Assembly: GCF_009914755.1 (NCBI RefSeq)
Contig: NC_060932.1
Length of the DNA: 64,000 nt
Origin: the human T2T-CHM13v2.0 reference genome, Homo sapiens
Direction: 5' to 3' (one strand)
Below the pieces are notes generated by a model that was not told the origin of the DNA, made no database searches, and was given only the letters and a program-made list of their open reading frames with translations. Positions 1 to 12,431 of this stretch are shown piece after piece; position 1 is the stretch's first letter, and each line of letters begins with the position of its first letter. Both the position numbers and the translations under genes were made by a program.

Positions 1-482
1 CTGGAGGTGTGTGCCTAGAGCGTTAGGGGTGGGGAATAAAGGGATGCTGGGGAGGAGGGAGTGTGACTGTACTGAACATGACAAGGGGCAGGGGCAGCAA
101 AGCTTGTTCCTTCCTGGCTACCACCCAAATGGGTGACTTAGCTTCTTGCTATCCTATCTGACTGTTTATCTGTTGAACCTCTCCTGGGTTTTAGAATGTG
201 CAAATAAAAGAGGTCATATGAGTGTCCCTATGAGAGCAGGAGTGGGCATTTAAGGAACTTGGAAATAATGTTTATTGAGGTAATGAAAATGCAGCCGTGA
301 ATAGTAGTGTCAAAGCTTTCTAGGGTTCAGGCAGAAAAGGACTCTAGGGATGCCAGGACAAAGACAGTGCAATGAACTTTGAATCCACAGACAGCAGGGA
401 GTGAGTTTGTGTATTGTCGTACAAAAAATAAATGAAGGCTGTTCATGAAGTTCAAAAATACTTTCAATTTTGAATGTATAGA

Positions 483-573
483 ATGCCAAACATCTTTGGC
501 AGACAGCTCCTTCTCTGCTATGCTGTCTGTTGCATCCTTGCAAGGTTAAAAAAAAATATGCCAAACATCTTTG
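483..573 (+). mobile_element. Tiny (~49 nt + A9) retro-insertion with 16-bp TSD; double-hairpin RNA, probably LTR-derived
   Basis: ATGCCAAACATCTTTG at 483-498 and 558-573 flank GCAGACAGCTCCTTCTCTGCTATGCTGTCTGTTGCATCCTTGCAAGGTT followed by A9. Confidence 0.8.
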
Positions 574-2007
574 AAGAAAAATCCCTTAGCAGAGGGGATT
601 CTAAGGTCCTAGGTGGAAAATTCAGTTAGTCCTTTGCTATTATAATGCCAAGCTCCTAGATGATTGCGTCAATTTCTTACTTCTCCAGGACATTGCACTG
701 TGTACTCAGGGTCAAGCCTGGAGCTGGGATCAGGGGGCTGGTATAAGATACCTGTGTGAGATTGGAGCAGTGCAATCTTAGGTAGAAGGAAGAAACATTT
801 TCCCCTCTTTTAGAAAACCTTCCGTTTGTTGTCCTGGCTGCCGGAGGCCATGCTATCCTAACCACATTGTTTAGTGGTGGACCTTTATTTCTGACAGAGG
901 CAAGCACAGTGAGTCCATGTTTCAAAATGTGGAGGGCCCCTCTAAGCCACAGGGAGAATTTGCCAACCTCTACTCTGTTATAAATTGATGCCACAGTGGG
1001 AGTACTGTTTTCCAATTCCCACCTCTTGACTAGAGAACCAATTTAGGAGAAATAGAGGAGCAAGGGCCTTTGTGCCAAGTTCTCAGACCTTCCCAGGGCT
1101 ACCCCCAGGGTGAGCTCAGCCTTTCGTCTAAACACCACACAGATTGGAAGACATGATATGGGGTGAGCGTTTGCTGAACCACCTATCTAGTTAAACAGGG
1201 TTTTTAGCCTCTGATGTTCCAAGTTGGGGCTTGAATGCTTCCAAAATAATAAAACAATATATCACTTCTCAGGATATGCTGGGGGCAGTGATGTCTGAGT
1301 GAATGGAATGAATGAGACAAAATCACCTCCACACTACAGAACACTGGAGTTCACTCTGGGTAGCGCAGCCACACAAGACGCTGCTTACATCAAAATATTT
1401 CACAATATTCCACCCAAATTAAAACAATGGAGACAACTAGACAGTGATATAGCAACTATACATCAACAAAGGACGAGAAAGTTTCTTAACACTGACAGGC
1501 AAATACAGAATAAATAAGTGAAAAATAGGCACTTGAATGTTTTTGCAATTTTTTTTTCAAGCTTAGGGGATTCTTTTGCAGCAGATTTTCTGGGCACCAG
1601 AAAGGGATTACAGGAGATGTAAGAAACAAGTGAAAGACAGAAAGAAGCAGACAGAGCTGGAGGCATAGAAAGCATATTTAATTTTAATTCGAATCTAAAC
1701 ATTTTTATGGAGACTTCAGGGTTTCTGGCTTGGCTGAGTAAGTCGGCTACGAGTTGCAATTGTTTCATATTGTAGAAAGAAGGAAGCGTTTCATGGAATT
1801 GGATTTTCCCCTTTGTTTTTCCTTGCTTCATTGCAAAACGTTAAAATGAAAAAGTTTACTCTGTGGTTTATTCTAAACAAATTCAATTCAGCATCCAGGT
1901 ATTACTGCTCTACCAGCCAACTGAAGTACTTATTTCGAAAAGTGTATTTCTGACTTTAAACACTTAAATCCATTGTGGTTTATCATCATGTCAATGTATA
2001 TTTTGGA

Positions 2008-2181
2008 GCGCGCACAGCTCTGCGAAAGCCTGTGGAAATTCCTTAAAGGAGTCTGTGAAAGGACTCAGCTACAGAGGCGCGGCCCCGTTTGCAGAGAGCG
2101 TGGATCTACATCGCAGACACCTCATGGCATATTCTGAAACTGTCCCTCCTAAAAGGGAGCTGAATTCAGGCCCCAGTGGCG
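2008..2181. promoter_or_regulatory. Small CpG cluster, candidate enhancer or promoter
   Basis: 9 CpGs in ~175 bp of non-repeat DNA; GCGCGC at 2008; NF-kB-like TGGAAATTCC at 2033-2042. Confidence 0.25.
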
Positions 2182-2564
2182 TAAATGTGTCAACCAACCA
2201 AATAAGTTGTTTTTCAGTTAGTACAAACAAAATTCAAGAACCAGCATCTGTATGGGTGAGTGAGCTCACATTCTGAAATAAGAAAAACTTAAATTTGTAC
2301 AATGACTTCAATTACAACTTAATCCAAGTTTTTCTCAGCTGATATCCAATAACAACTTTGTAAAACAAGCCAGATTCTAAAGTCTCTATTTTCACAGTTG
2401 AGGAAAGTTAAGATTAAATATTAATCAGCGATGTCCAGGACCACAATATTCTTCCTAATACAGTAGATGAAGGATCATTTAAATATGCCTGTTTGGTTTT
2501 GTTTTAACTTCAAATCCAGTGCACATCCATTATATAATATAAAGCCTCTCGAAAGTAAATTCAC

Positions 2565-3084
<520 letters not shown>

Positions 3085-3200
3085 TTAGAAATATTGGCAG
3101 GAATTTTTGTTTTGTTGTTTTTAATTATGCTGATTGTCAGTTAAAATTGCACAAGAAAGATTTAAATGAATTAAATGGAACCTCAAGGGGGAAAAATTTT

Positions 3201-3236
3201 TTCCCCATCTAGAATGTTCCCCATCTAGAATGTTCC
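3201..3236. repeat. 16-bp tandem duplication
   Basis: TTCCCCATCTAGAATG x2 + TTCC. Confidence 0.9.
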
Positions 3237-3472
3237 TGGATGCTGAGCACTTTTAGTTTACTCAGAACACTTTTTCAAAAGTCCTTGCGCTATTCAGAGA
3301 AGATGGGTATTTATAATGAGCTCCAGTCAGGAATGGGAACATAACTTCTGCCAAAAACATTTTTCAAAGATATTCCACAGTTAATAATTATAAGTTGCCT
3401 CCCAAATAGAGCAATATTGCTACCATGACTGTTGCTGCTGCTACTACATTAATATTAATGACAACAATTACC

Positions 3473-3757
<285 letters not shown>

Positions 3758-3774
3758 AACAATTACCAATATTT

Positions 3775-3990
3775 TAAAAATGCTTAGTATGCACCAGGCA
3801 CCATGCCATGCACTTTCTGTGGGTACATTGCTTTTCCTTCTCATTTATTCTTCATGACAACTCTCATTCTCATATTACAGGAGAAAAACCTGTGACTTGA
3901 GGTTAAATAATTTGCCCATAGTCACATAAGTAGTATGGGATGGATCCAGGATTTGAACTCAAACAATATAATTCCAGAACCCATGAGTAT
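3775..3990 (-). mobile_element. MIR (second fragment near 4105-4160)
   Basis: MIR core-like GAGGTTAAATAATTTGCCCATAGTCACA...AGGATTTGAACTC. Confidence 0.65.
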
Positions 3991-4233
3991 AAATGTAATG
4001 TGACATTACCTTCCCAGCAGAATTTATAATAAAAGTTGAATTGTATTAATTGTTTATTGTCAAACTGGTTATCAAACTTGTTTTCACAAATAAACTAAAG
4101 GAGATTTGAAGAGGTGAAGTGACTTGCTCAAGTTCACATGGCTAGTAAGTTAGAAAATAGGGATCCATTTAGAATACTTTATCCACAATTCAGTTTTAAT
4201 AATTGTTATATGATATCTTAACTCTATACTTTA

Positions 4234-5668
4234 TTTAAAAAAATTTAGATTTGGGAGTATGTGTGTATGTTTGTTACATAAGTATATTGCAAAAGTGGCT
4301 TCTAGTGTACCCATTACTCAAAAAGGGAACATTGTACCCAATAGGTAATTTTTCAACCCTCAACTTCCTCTCATCCTCCCCACTTTTGGAGTCCCCAGTG
4401 TCTATTATTTCCATCTTTATGCCCATGCCCATTGTTTAGACCCCACTTACAAGTGAAAACATACAGTATTTGACTATTTCTGAGTTACTTCATTTGGGAT
4501 AATGGCCTCCAGCTCCATCCATGTTGCTGTAAAGGACATTATTTCATTCTTTTTTATGGCTGCATAGTATTCCATGATATGTATATACCATATTTTTCTT
4601 TATCCAGCCAACTTTGATAGACACTAAGTAAGGTTGGTTCCATGACTTTGTTATTGTGAATAGTGCTGTGATGAACATATGAGTACAGATGTCTTTTGTA
4701 CAGTGATTTCTTTTCTTTTGGGTAGATACCTGGTAGTGGGATTGCTGGGTTGAATGGTAGTTCTATTTTTAGTTATTTGAAAAATCTCCATACTGTTTTC
4801 CATAAAGGTTGAACTAATTTACATTTCCACCAACAATGTATAAGTATTTCCTTTTCTCTGCATCCATGCCAACATCTGTTGTGTTTTGACTTTTTAATAA
4901 TAGCCATTCTGACTGGTGTAAGATGGTATTTCATTGTGGTTTTAATCTGCATTTCTCTGATGATATTGAGCATTTTTTCATATGATTGTTGGCTGCATGA
5001 ATTTCTTCTCATGAGAAATGTCTGTTCATGTCCTTTGCCTAGCTTTTAATGGAGTCGTTTTTTTCTTGTTGAGTTGTTTAAGTTCCTTGTAGAATCTGGA
5101 TATTAGTCCTTTGTCAGAGGCATAATTTGCAAATATTTTCTTTTTTTTTTTTTGAGATGGAGTCTCACTATGCCACCCAGGCTGGAGGTCAGTGGTGTGA
5201 TGTCGGCTCACTGCAACCTCCTCCTCCCAAGTTCAAGCGATTCTCCTGCCTCAGCCCCCGGAGTAGCTGGGATTATAGGTGCATGCCACCAGGCCCAGCT
5301 AATTTTTGTATTTTTAGTAAATATGGGGTTTCACCATGTTGGCCAGGTTGGTCTCAACCTCCTGACCTCAAGCGATCCACCTGTCTTGGCCTCCCAAAGT
5401 TCTGGGATTTCAGACATGAGCTATCGCACCCAACCTGCAAATATTTTCTCTCATTCTGTAGGTTGTCTGTTTACTCTGTTGATTATTTCTTATGCCGTGC
5501 AGAGTCCTTAATTACGTCCCATTTCTCTATTTTTGTCTTTGTTGCATTTGCTTTTGGGGTCTTCATTATACCTTCTTTGCTTGGGCTAACGTCCAGAAAG
5601 ATTTTCCTAGGTTTTCTTCTAGGATTTTATGATTTCAGGTCTTATGTTTAAGTTTTTAATTAATCTTG
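4234..5668 (-). mobile_element. 5'-truncated older L1 (L1PB/L1MA-like): ORF2 C-terminus + 3' UTR
   Basis: Translates to [24 protein letters not shown] (ORF2 C-terminus); TSD TTAACTCTATA(C/T)TTTA at 4218-4233 and 5669-5684. Confidence 0.88.
5142..5435 (-). mobile_element. AluS nested in L1
   Basis: Reverse Alu; TSD TGCAAATATTTTCT at 5128-5141 and 5436-5449. Confidence 0.93.
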
Positions 5669-6293
5669 TTAACTCTATATTTTAATAAGACATTAATATC
5701 TACTTTTTAAAAACAAAATGAATGTACTTAAACATGATAATTTCTTCTATCTTTCATATTTCTAAGGAATTTTAATTATAATTTTATTTAGTTATAATAT
5801 AATTTTTAGAAATTATCTTCATTTTTACCTATACAAAATTATCCTTTTTTGGGGTCCTCCTCTTTATAAGCTGCTTATTCTGGATAAATCATTCTAGGTT
5901 GAGGGTCTTTTTGTTTTTGTTATTGTTTTGGTACTGTGAAGTTGTTATACAATAGTTTCATAATTTTTCTCTTCTTGTTTAGGAGAAATCTGTCTGTCTA
6001 GCTGTTATTCCTTTATAGGTAGCCTGTATTATTTCTTGGGATATATTTAGACTCTTTTTTTTTGTATTTTGTGTTTTTAGTTTCTTGTTGATTTGTCTAG
6101 GTATGTATTTCTTTAGGCTTCTTGAATTTAAAAATTTGTATCTTACATTAATTTTTAAAAATTAAACTTCATCGTTATCCTTTAACATATTGTGCATCCC
6201 TTATTCAGTCTTTATTTTGCTTCTAGAAATGTAGAAAGTTCTCTATCCTCAAGTGTTTTAACTTCTCATATTTCCCTATTCCTTATGTCTCTG

Positions 6294-6345
6294 AGATGTA
6301 GTCTTGGTATTTCTTCAACAGATGCAGTCTTGGTATTTCTTCAAC
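6294..6345. repeat. 26-bp tandem duplication
   Basis: AGATG(T/C)AGTCTTGGTATTTCTTCAAC x2. Confidence 0.9.
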
Positions 6346-6527
6346 TCTACCTTCCAATTTGCTTTTTTCCTCATCTGTGGCTAATCTGCTTTTTAAATTG
6401 TCCATTTAATTATTACTTGTAATTATTCCACATTTTAACTACTAGAAGTTTTCTTTGATTCTTTGCTTGATATTCTTGCTTATTTCATAATCTCCCATTC
6501 TTTATTCATATGTTTAATCCTGTAGAT

Positions 6528-7036
6528 CAGGGGTCCTCAATCCCTGTGCCACGAACTGGTACCGGTCCGTGGCTTGCTGGAAACTGGGCCACACAGCAGG
6601 ATGTGAGCAGAGGGCGAGTGAGCAAAGCTTCATCTATATTTACAGCTGCTCTCCATCACTTGCATTACTGCCTGAGCTCCATCTCCTGTCAGATCAGAGG
6701 TGGCATTAGAGTCTCATAGGAGTGCTGTGTATGTGAGGGATCTAGGTTGCATGCTCCTTATAAAAATCTAATGGCTGATGATCTGTCACTGTCTCCCATC
6801 ACCCCCAGATGGGACCGTCTGGTTGCAGGTAAACAAGGTCAGGGCTCCCACTGATTCTACATAATGGTGAGTTGTATAATTATTTCATTATATATTATAA
6901 TGTAATAATAATATAAATAAAGTTCACAATAAATATAATGTGCTTGGATCATCCTAAAACCATCCCCTACCCTGGTCCATGGAAAAATTTTCTTTCATGA
7001 AACCGATTCCTGTGCCAAAAAGGTTGGGGATCACTG
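6528..7036 (+). mobile_element. MER1A-like hAT-Charlie DNA transposon
   Basis: CAGGGGTCCTCAA...TTGGGGATCACTG termini; 8-bp TSD CTGTAG(A/G)T; ~510 bp. Confidence 0.88.
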
Positions 7037-9530
7037 CTGTAGGTAGAACATCATGTAGATCTTTAATTTAAATCTATTAATCACACATATATATGTGATT
7101 CCATGTATGAAGTTCCCAGTTTTTAATATTTCTGCAGATCTTATTCTCTTGCCTATTGTTTCATGTGGTTTGCATGCAGTGGTGTCCTGTTCTAGTTTGT
7201 GTTTGGTGGTTTTTGATTATGAATATGTTCTTTAGAACTTTATCTGTAAGACTTCTTTGTAAATACATTTCTCTCGAGAGGATATGCTTTTTAATAATTT
7301 GGGAACATTTAATATGAATTATTGGCTATTAATTTTTAGGGAAACATTGATAGTGGGAACTTGAGAAACACACCTATAAGTGGGCCTATTGCTAATTTTG
7401 CATTTTTTGGAAATTCTTTTTCTTCTCCATCCACCAGAAAGATGAAGAAAAGAACATTTTCTTTATGTGAATAAAACCAACAACAATGAATAGGGATACA
7501 GATTCATACAGTCTGATTCCCAAAAAAGGGGAGTGGAACCCCACGATTTGATCACTTCCCCTTCCTTGAATGATCTCACAAATTAAGTTACAGGTCTCAA
7601 TTCTCTAGAAAAAGGGACTTAGATATTATATCCTCCCAAATCCAAATTTCCTGCTCAGGAATGCTCAAACTTTTGAATTGACAAGGAATCACTTTCGTTT
7701 CATGGGACTGTTATGAATGACAGAAGAGCTTGAGAGACCTGGAAAGGCTGGAGCCACATGTATGGAAGCTTCCCAATGATTATGAAAGGCTTACTGATGG
7801 TGCAGAAGCCTGAGACCACGAGATTCAGAAAATCACATTCTTTTTGTCCTAAGGATGCTTTGGACCTGATTTAAAAAAACCTCATATGGTTTTTGTGAGA
7901 AAATACTGCAAGGGGCTCTGTGACTGATTCTTTTGCTGTCTCTCTGGATCCCAAGGCTTTGAAGAGAGGAGTCTTTACACAGAGCGGGGGGACCTGCAAA
8001 ACCTTAGTTCTCATCTAGCTTTGGCAGGGTAAAGGGATTAGCCAGGTGCTGAAGGTGGCTTACTGCAAGGCTGGCACAGGCCTGATCATGTGCTCATTCT
8101 TCTCCACCACATGGTAAAGTGGAAACTACTATCACCATGTCAGATAGCAAAGGTGATCTTTATTCTTGCCAATAGTTACAATGAAGAAAATTATCTTCCA
8201 TCATGAGAGTACCTCTTAATTCCATCTTGTCTATCTGGGCAAATCTAGAAAAGAGGCATGCTGAATGTCTATAGAAAAGAACTGGCTTTTTAATTTAACA
8301 TATTAGTTTGAATTCAAAACATGTACAAGGTGCTGTGATGCAATGGCTTTCTAACTGTCCAAATTTCCAGAATGCACTCTGGTGGAAATATAGCCCCCAG
8401 AAGAATAAATATGTAGCCTTGTTCTCCTACTACCATTGCAAAAACAGTTGAATGGAATGCTTGTGCCTGAAGAGTTGTCTGAGATTGTATTCACCAGGCA
8501 GTTTAGAGAAGGACGCACATCAGGGAGGCAGGGGATATCCATCTTGGCCCCCATTTCAGCGTGGTGCAATGACTCCAGGACTGCAAAGAATCTCATTGTA
8601 CAAGACCTACCTAAGCTTACAGGCAGTCCCAGAGATGTGAACAAGGATGAAGTGTGTGAATCAATGTCAGAAGTGAAATATGCCCATGACTTCAATAACA
8701 GCACCAGATACCAGCTCATGAATGACTGGTTAGAAGTGTTTTATGGATGAGATGCATGGTGGTGATATACCCAATCAGACATTCAGGAAGTGAGTCTGTT
8801 GTGTCATTTTGTGTGACCTTTGACAAGCCACTTAACTAGTCTGGCCTTTACTTTTCTCAAGTGGGACTTGTTCATCAACCCTTCCTGTCTCACTCTGAAG
8901 TGCTCTGATCTCTATTCTAATCCGTCAAATAGATTCGTAGACCATGCTTTGAGAACCATTGATATAGTAATCTAAAAAACTGACTGTACTTAATTTCCCA
9001 AGCCTTTGAAAGTATAAAGGAAGAAAAGCTTACTCACTGCCAGAATTTGGTTACAGAGGAATTTAATTATAGCATTTGGGCATGTGTCATTTAACCATAG
9101 CTGTTAAGAGTCGTGGTCAACTGTTTTATTAAGTCATTTATCGTCTTCAGCAACTACCAGTCTGTAATTACCTTAATTCTATTCCACCAGTTTGTGTGAA
9201 GGGAGTCCTGTTCTTTTGTCCTCTGCATCCAAACCCTAAAATAAATCATGATCATCATACTTACATTCTGTTGAGTTTAAAAAATTTTCCACTCCTGATT
9301 TTCTGTTATCTGATTTCTACTTTTCCTAGCGTTAGAATAATAGAATCATAATGTTTCAGAACTAAAGGTGATTTTAAAAATTATTTAATCTCACCTCCCT
9401 TTTACTCTATTGAAAATTGAGAACAGGAAAGATTTAAAAATTTAGAAAGGCCTACAGCTGGTTAGTGATGGAGTCATGCTTACTATCAGGTGCCCAACCC
9501 TGCAGGTTATGGAAATGCCTGCAGATTTCC

Positions 9531-9564
9531 ATTTCAGTGAGGCCCACAATTTCAGTGAGGCCCA
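9531..9564. repeat. 18-bp-period tandem duplication
   Basis: ATTTCAGTGAGGCCCA at 9531 and 9549. Confidence 0.85.
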
Positions 9565-10304
9565 GGAGGCTCTAGTTCAACCAGAAGGCAGAACCCAATC
9601 TAATCTGATTTGAGAGATTTGGATATAGCCACCTGATTTATAATGCCCAGGCAGAGAAACACAGTGTACAGTAGAATGTGGGCAGCCAGCTGAAGATGGT
9701 GTGGAAAAGGGGGCATAAAGATAAAGTCAGGGGCACTTGTTAGTTACTCTAGGGATGAGCTACAGTAGAAGTAGTTTAACTGAGATTAAACATTTGGATG
9801 TTTTGCAAATGCTAAAATATTCAGGCAGGCACTTTAGAATGCATTTTGCCCAAATCTCTACTTCTGTTTTTTTAAAAAAATGTGAATGTGTACAACATCA
9901 TTTCAATTTGCTTTACCCAAAAAAGCAAATGACAGAATGTTTTTACTGTGATTCATTCACTCATTAATTCAACGAATGTTTGTTGAGCCCCTACCAAGTG
10001 CCAAGCACGAGGGGCACACATCTGCCGAGATCAGATGGAAAGGGGACAAGAAAAACTGGAGAACCCAAGTCTCCAGTCAAGAGATGATGGAGGCCTGGAG
10101 CAGAGGGTGCAAGAGACACGTGACTTAGAGACAGGGGAAGAAACCTGTAGACAGGTGATACCTGGAGAACAGGGAGGAGGATTATGGGTGATTTCATTTT
10201 TTTTAAAAAATTTTCTAGTTTTTTGTGCACAGTGGTGCTTTGTTAATAAAGTAATAACAGGATTTTGGCCTGGAATGATGATGTTGCTACGATTTTTAAA
10301 ATGG

Positions 10305-11020
10305 ATTATTTTTTGTTTTGAAAGAATTTAAAATTTATAGAAGTGTTGCAAGAATAATGCAAAGGACTTTCAAATACGCTCTGCTCTGATCCACCAGTTG
10401 TTAACATTTTGCTACATTTGCACATTCTTTTTCTTTTTTTCCTCTCCTCCTACACATATAATTATATATTTTTTCTGGACCACTTGAGAGTACATCGCCC
10501 TTTACTCCTAAATACTTGAAGTGTATATTTCCTAGGAACAAGGACACTTGGCTTATGTAACTATGTACAATGATCAAAATCAGGAAGTTTTATGTTGATA
10601 TATTAGTATTGTCTAATATATAGTCTTTATGAGAATTTTGCCAACTGTCTCAGTAATGTCCTGTATAGCAATTTATTTTTCTGGTCAAAGAGCCAGTCCA
10701 GGATCACATATTGCATTTAGTTTTCATGTCTTTTTCATTTCCTTTATTCTGGATCAAGTGATCCATTTTTTTTTTTTTTTTTTTTTTTTGCCTTTCATGT
10801 TTGGCAATTTTGCAGAGTACAGGTCATTTATTTGTAGAATTTCTGTTAATTTGAGTTTATCTGTGATTTCCTCATCATTGGATCTAGGTTTAAATAACCT
10901 GGAGTTATTTAACCTGGAGTTTTTTGGCCATAGTACTATCTAAATGCTGTTGTGTCCTTCCCAGTGCACTGTATCTAGAGGCACATGATGTGGTATGTTA
11001 ATATCACTGATAAAGTTAAT
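10305..11020 (-). mobile_element. Old L1 3' end (L1MC-like)
   Basis: Resembles reverse L1MC 3' UTR (CCAGTTGTTAACATTTTGC...TCCTAGGAACAAGGAC...CACATATTGCATTTAGTT). Confidence 0.6.
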
Positions 11021-11409
11021 TACTGGTGGTACTAATTTTAAGGTAAGACTACATATTTTAAATGGTAGATTCTTTTGTTTTCTTTGGCTCAAAGTAGTGT
11101 CACTGTTAAACAGTGTTTTAAAATTATCTATTTAAATTAATATGGGCTCACATTTACCCCACAGTAAGTTACACATATCTCCAGAGAAAAGGGGTGTGCA
11201 CATAATTGCTATGTCAGGCTAGGTTATTACAATACAAAAGCAGGTTAAGTATAAGTCAATCCTGACATAAGCAGGGATAACTTGTTTTCAGATTCTGGAT
11301 GTGCTTATTTTCTAGGGAGTTATTTGGATGTTTTTCTCATCTGTTGACTAAATCTATGAGCCAAATGTAAGTTGTAGCATTTGGGGATATTATGTACACT
11401 TTCGACCTT

Positions 11410-12266
11410 CTCTTTATCAAAAAGACCAAAAATAATTGCAAACTTTGGCAAGGATGCAAAGAAGAGGGAACTCTTATCCACTGTTGGCGGGAATGCAAAC
11501 TAGTACAGCCACTATGAAGAACAATATGAAGGTCCCTCAAAAAACTACAAATGGGACTACCATATGATCCAGCCATCTCACTATTGGAAACTTATCCAAA
11601 GGAAAGGAAATCAGTATATTGAAGAAACATCTGCACCTCTATGTTTATTGCAGCACTATTCACAATAGCCAAGATATGGAATCAACCTAGGTGTCCTACA
11701 ACAGGTAAATGGATAAAGAAAATATGAATATATATGCCATGGAATACTATTCAGCCATACAAAGAATGAAATCCTGTCTTTTGCAGCAACAAAGATGAGC
11801 CTGGATAACATTATGTTAAGTGAAATAAGCCAAGAATGGAAAGCTGAACGCCACATCTTCTCATTTATATGTGGAAACTAGAAAATGGTTGATGTCACGG
11901 AAGTAAAAAGTAGAACAGAGGATACTAGAGGCTGGGTAGAGTAGAGAGAAGGGAGGGATAGGGAGAGAATTGTTAAAGGTTATAAAATTACAGCTAGATA
12001 GGAGGAATAAATTCTAGTGTTCTGTACCACTGTAGGATGACTGTTGTAAACAATAATGTATTAATTAGATAGTTTCAAGAGCTAGAAAGAGGATATTGAG
12101 TGTTTTTAACACAAAGAAAGGATGAATCTTTGAGGTGATGGATATGCAAAATCCCCTGATCCTCATGAGCACCATACATTATTTGTCTCAAAACATCATT
12201 AGGTACTCCAGAATATATACAATTATTATTTATCAATTTAAAATATTAAATTAAAAATTAAAAAAG
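11410..12266 (+). mobile_element. 5'-truncated L1MA-like 3' end
   Basis: ORF2 C-terminal motifs (GCAGCACTATTCACAATAGCCAAGATATGGAATCAACC), L1MA 3' UTR and A-rich tail. Confidence 0.85.
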
Positions 12267-12275
12267 AATATATTC

Positions 12276-12431
12276 AAAAGTAGAACAGAGGATACTAGAG
12301 GCTGGGAGGGGTAGAAGGTAGGGAGGGATAGGGAGAGATGTGTTAAAGGTTATAAAATTACAGCTAGATAGGAGGAATAAATCCTAGTGTTCTGTACCAC
12401 TGTAGGATGACTGTTGTAAACAATAATGTAT
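12276..12431 (+). repeat. ~155-bp local copy of 11906-12061 (L1 3' UTR segment)
   Basis: Near-identical direct repeat at an offset of 370 bp. Confidence 0.92.

Noticed and set aside
1463-1831. 122-aa minus-strand ORF in unique DNA
   Set aside because: No recognisable homology or splice context; length is compatible with chance
8351-8750. Overlapping 104-aa and 122-aa ORFs on opposite strands
   Set aside because: No recognisable domain or exon boundaries; cannot be supported without a homology search
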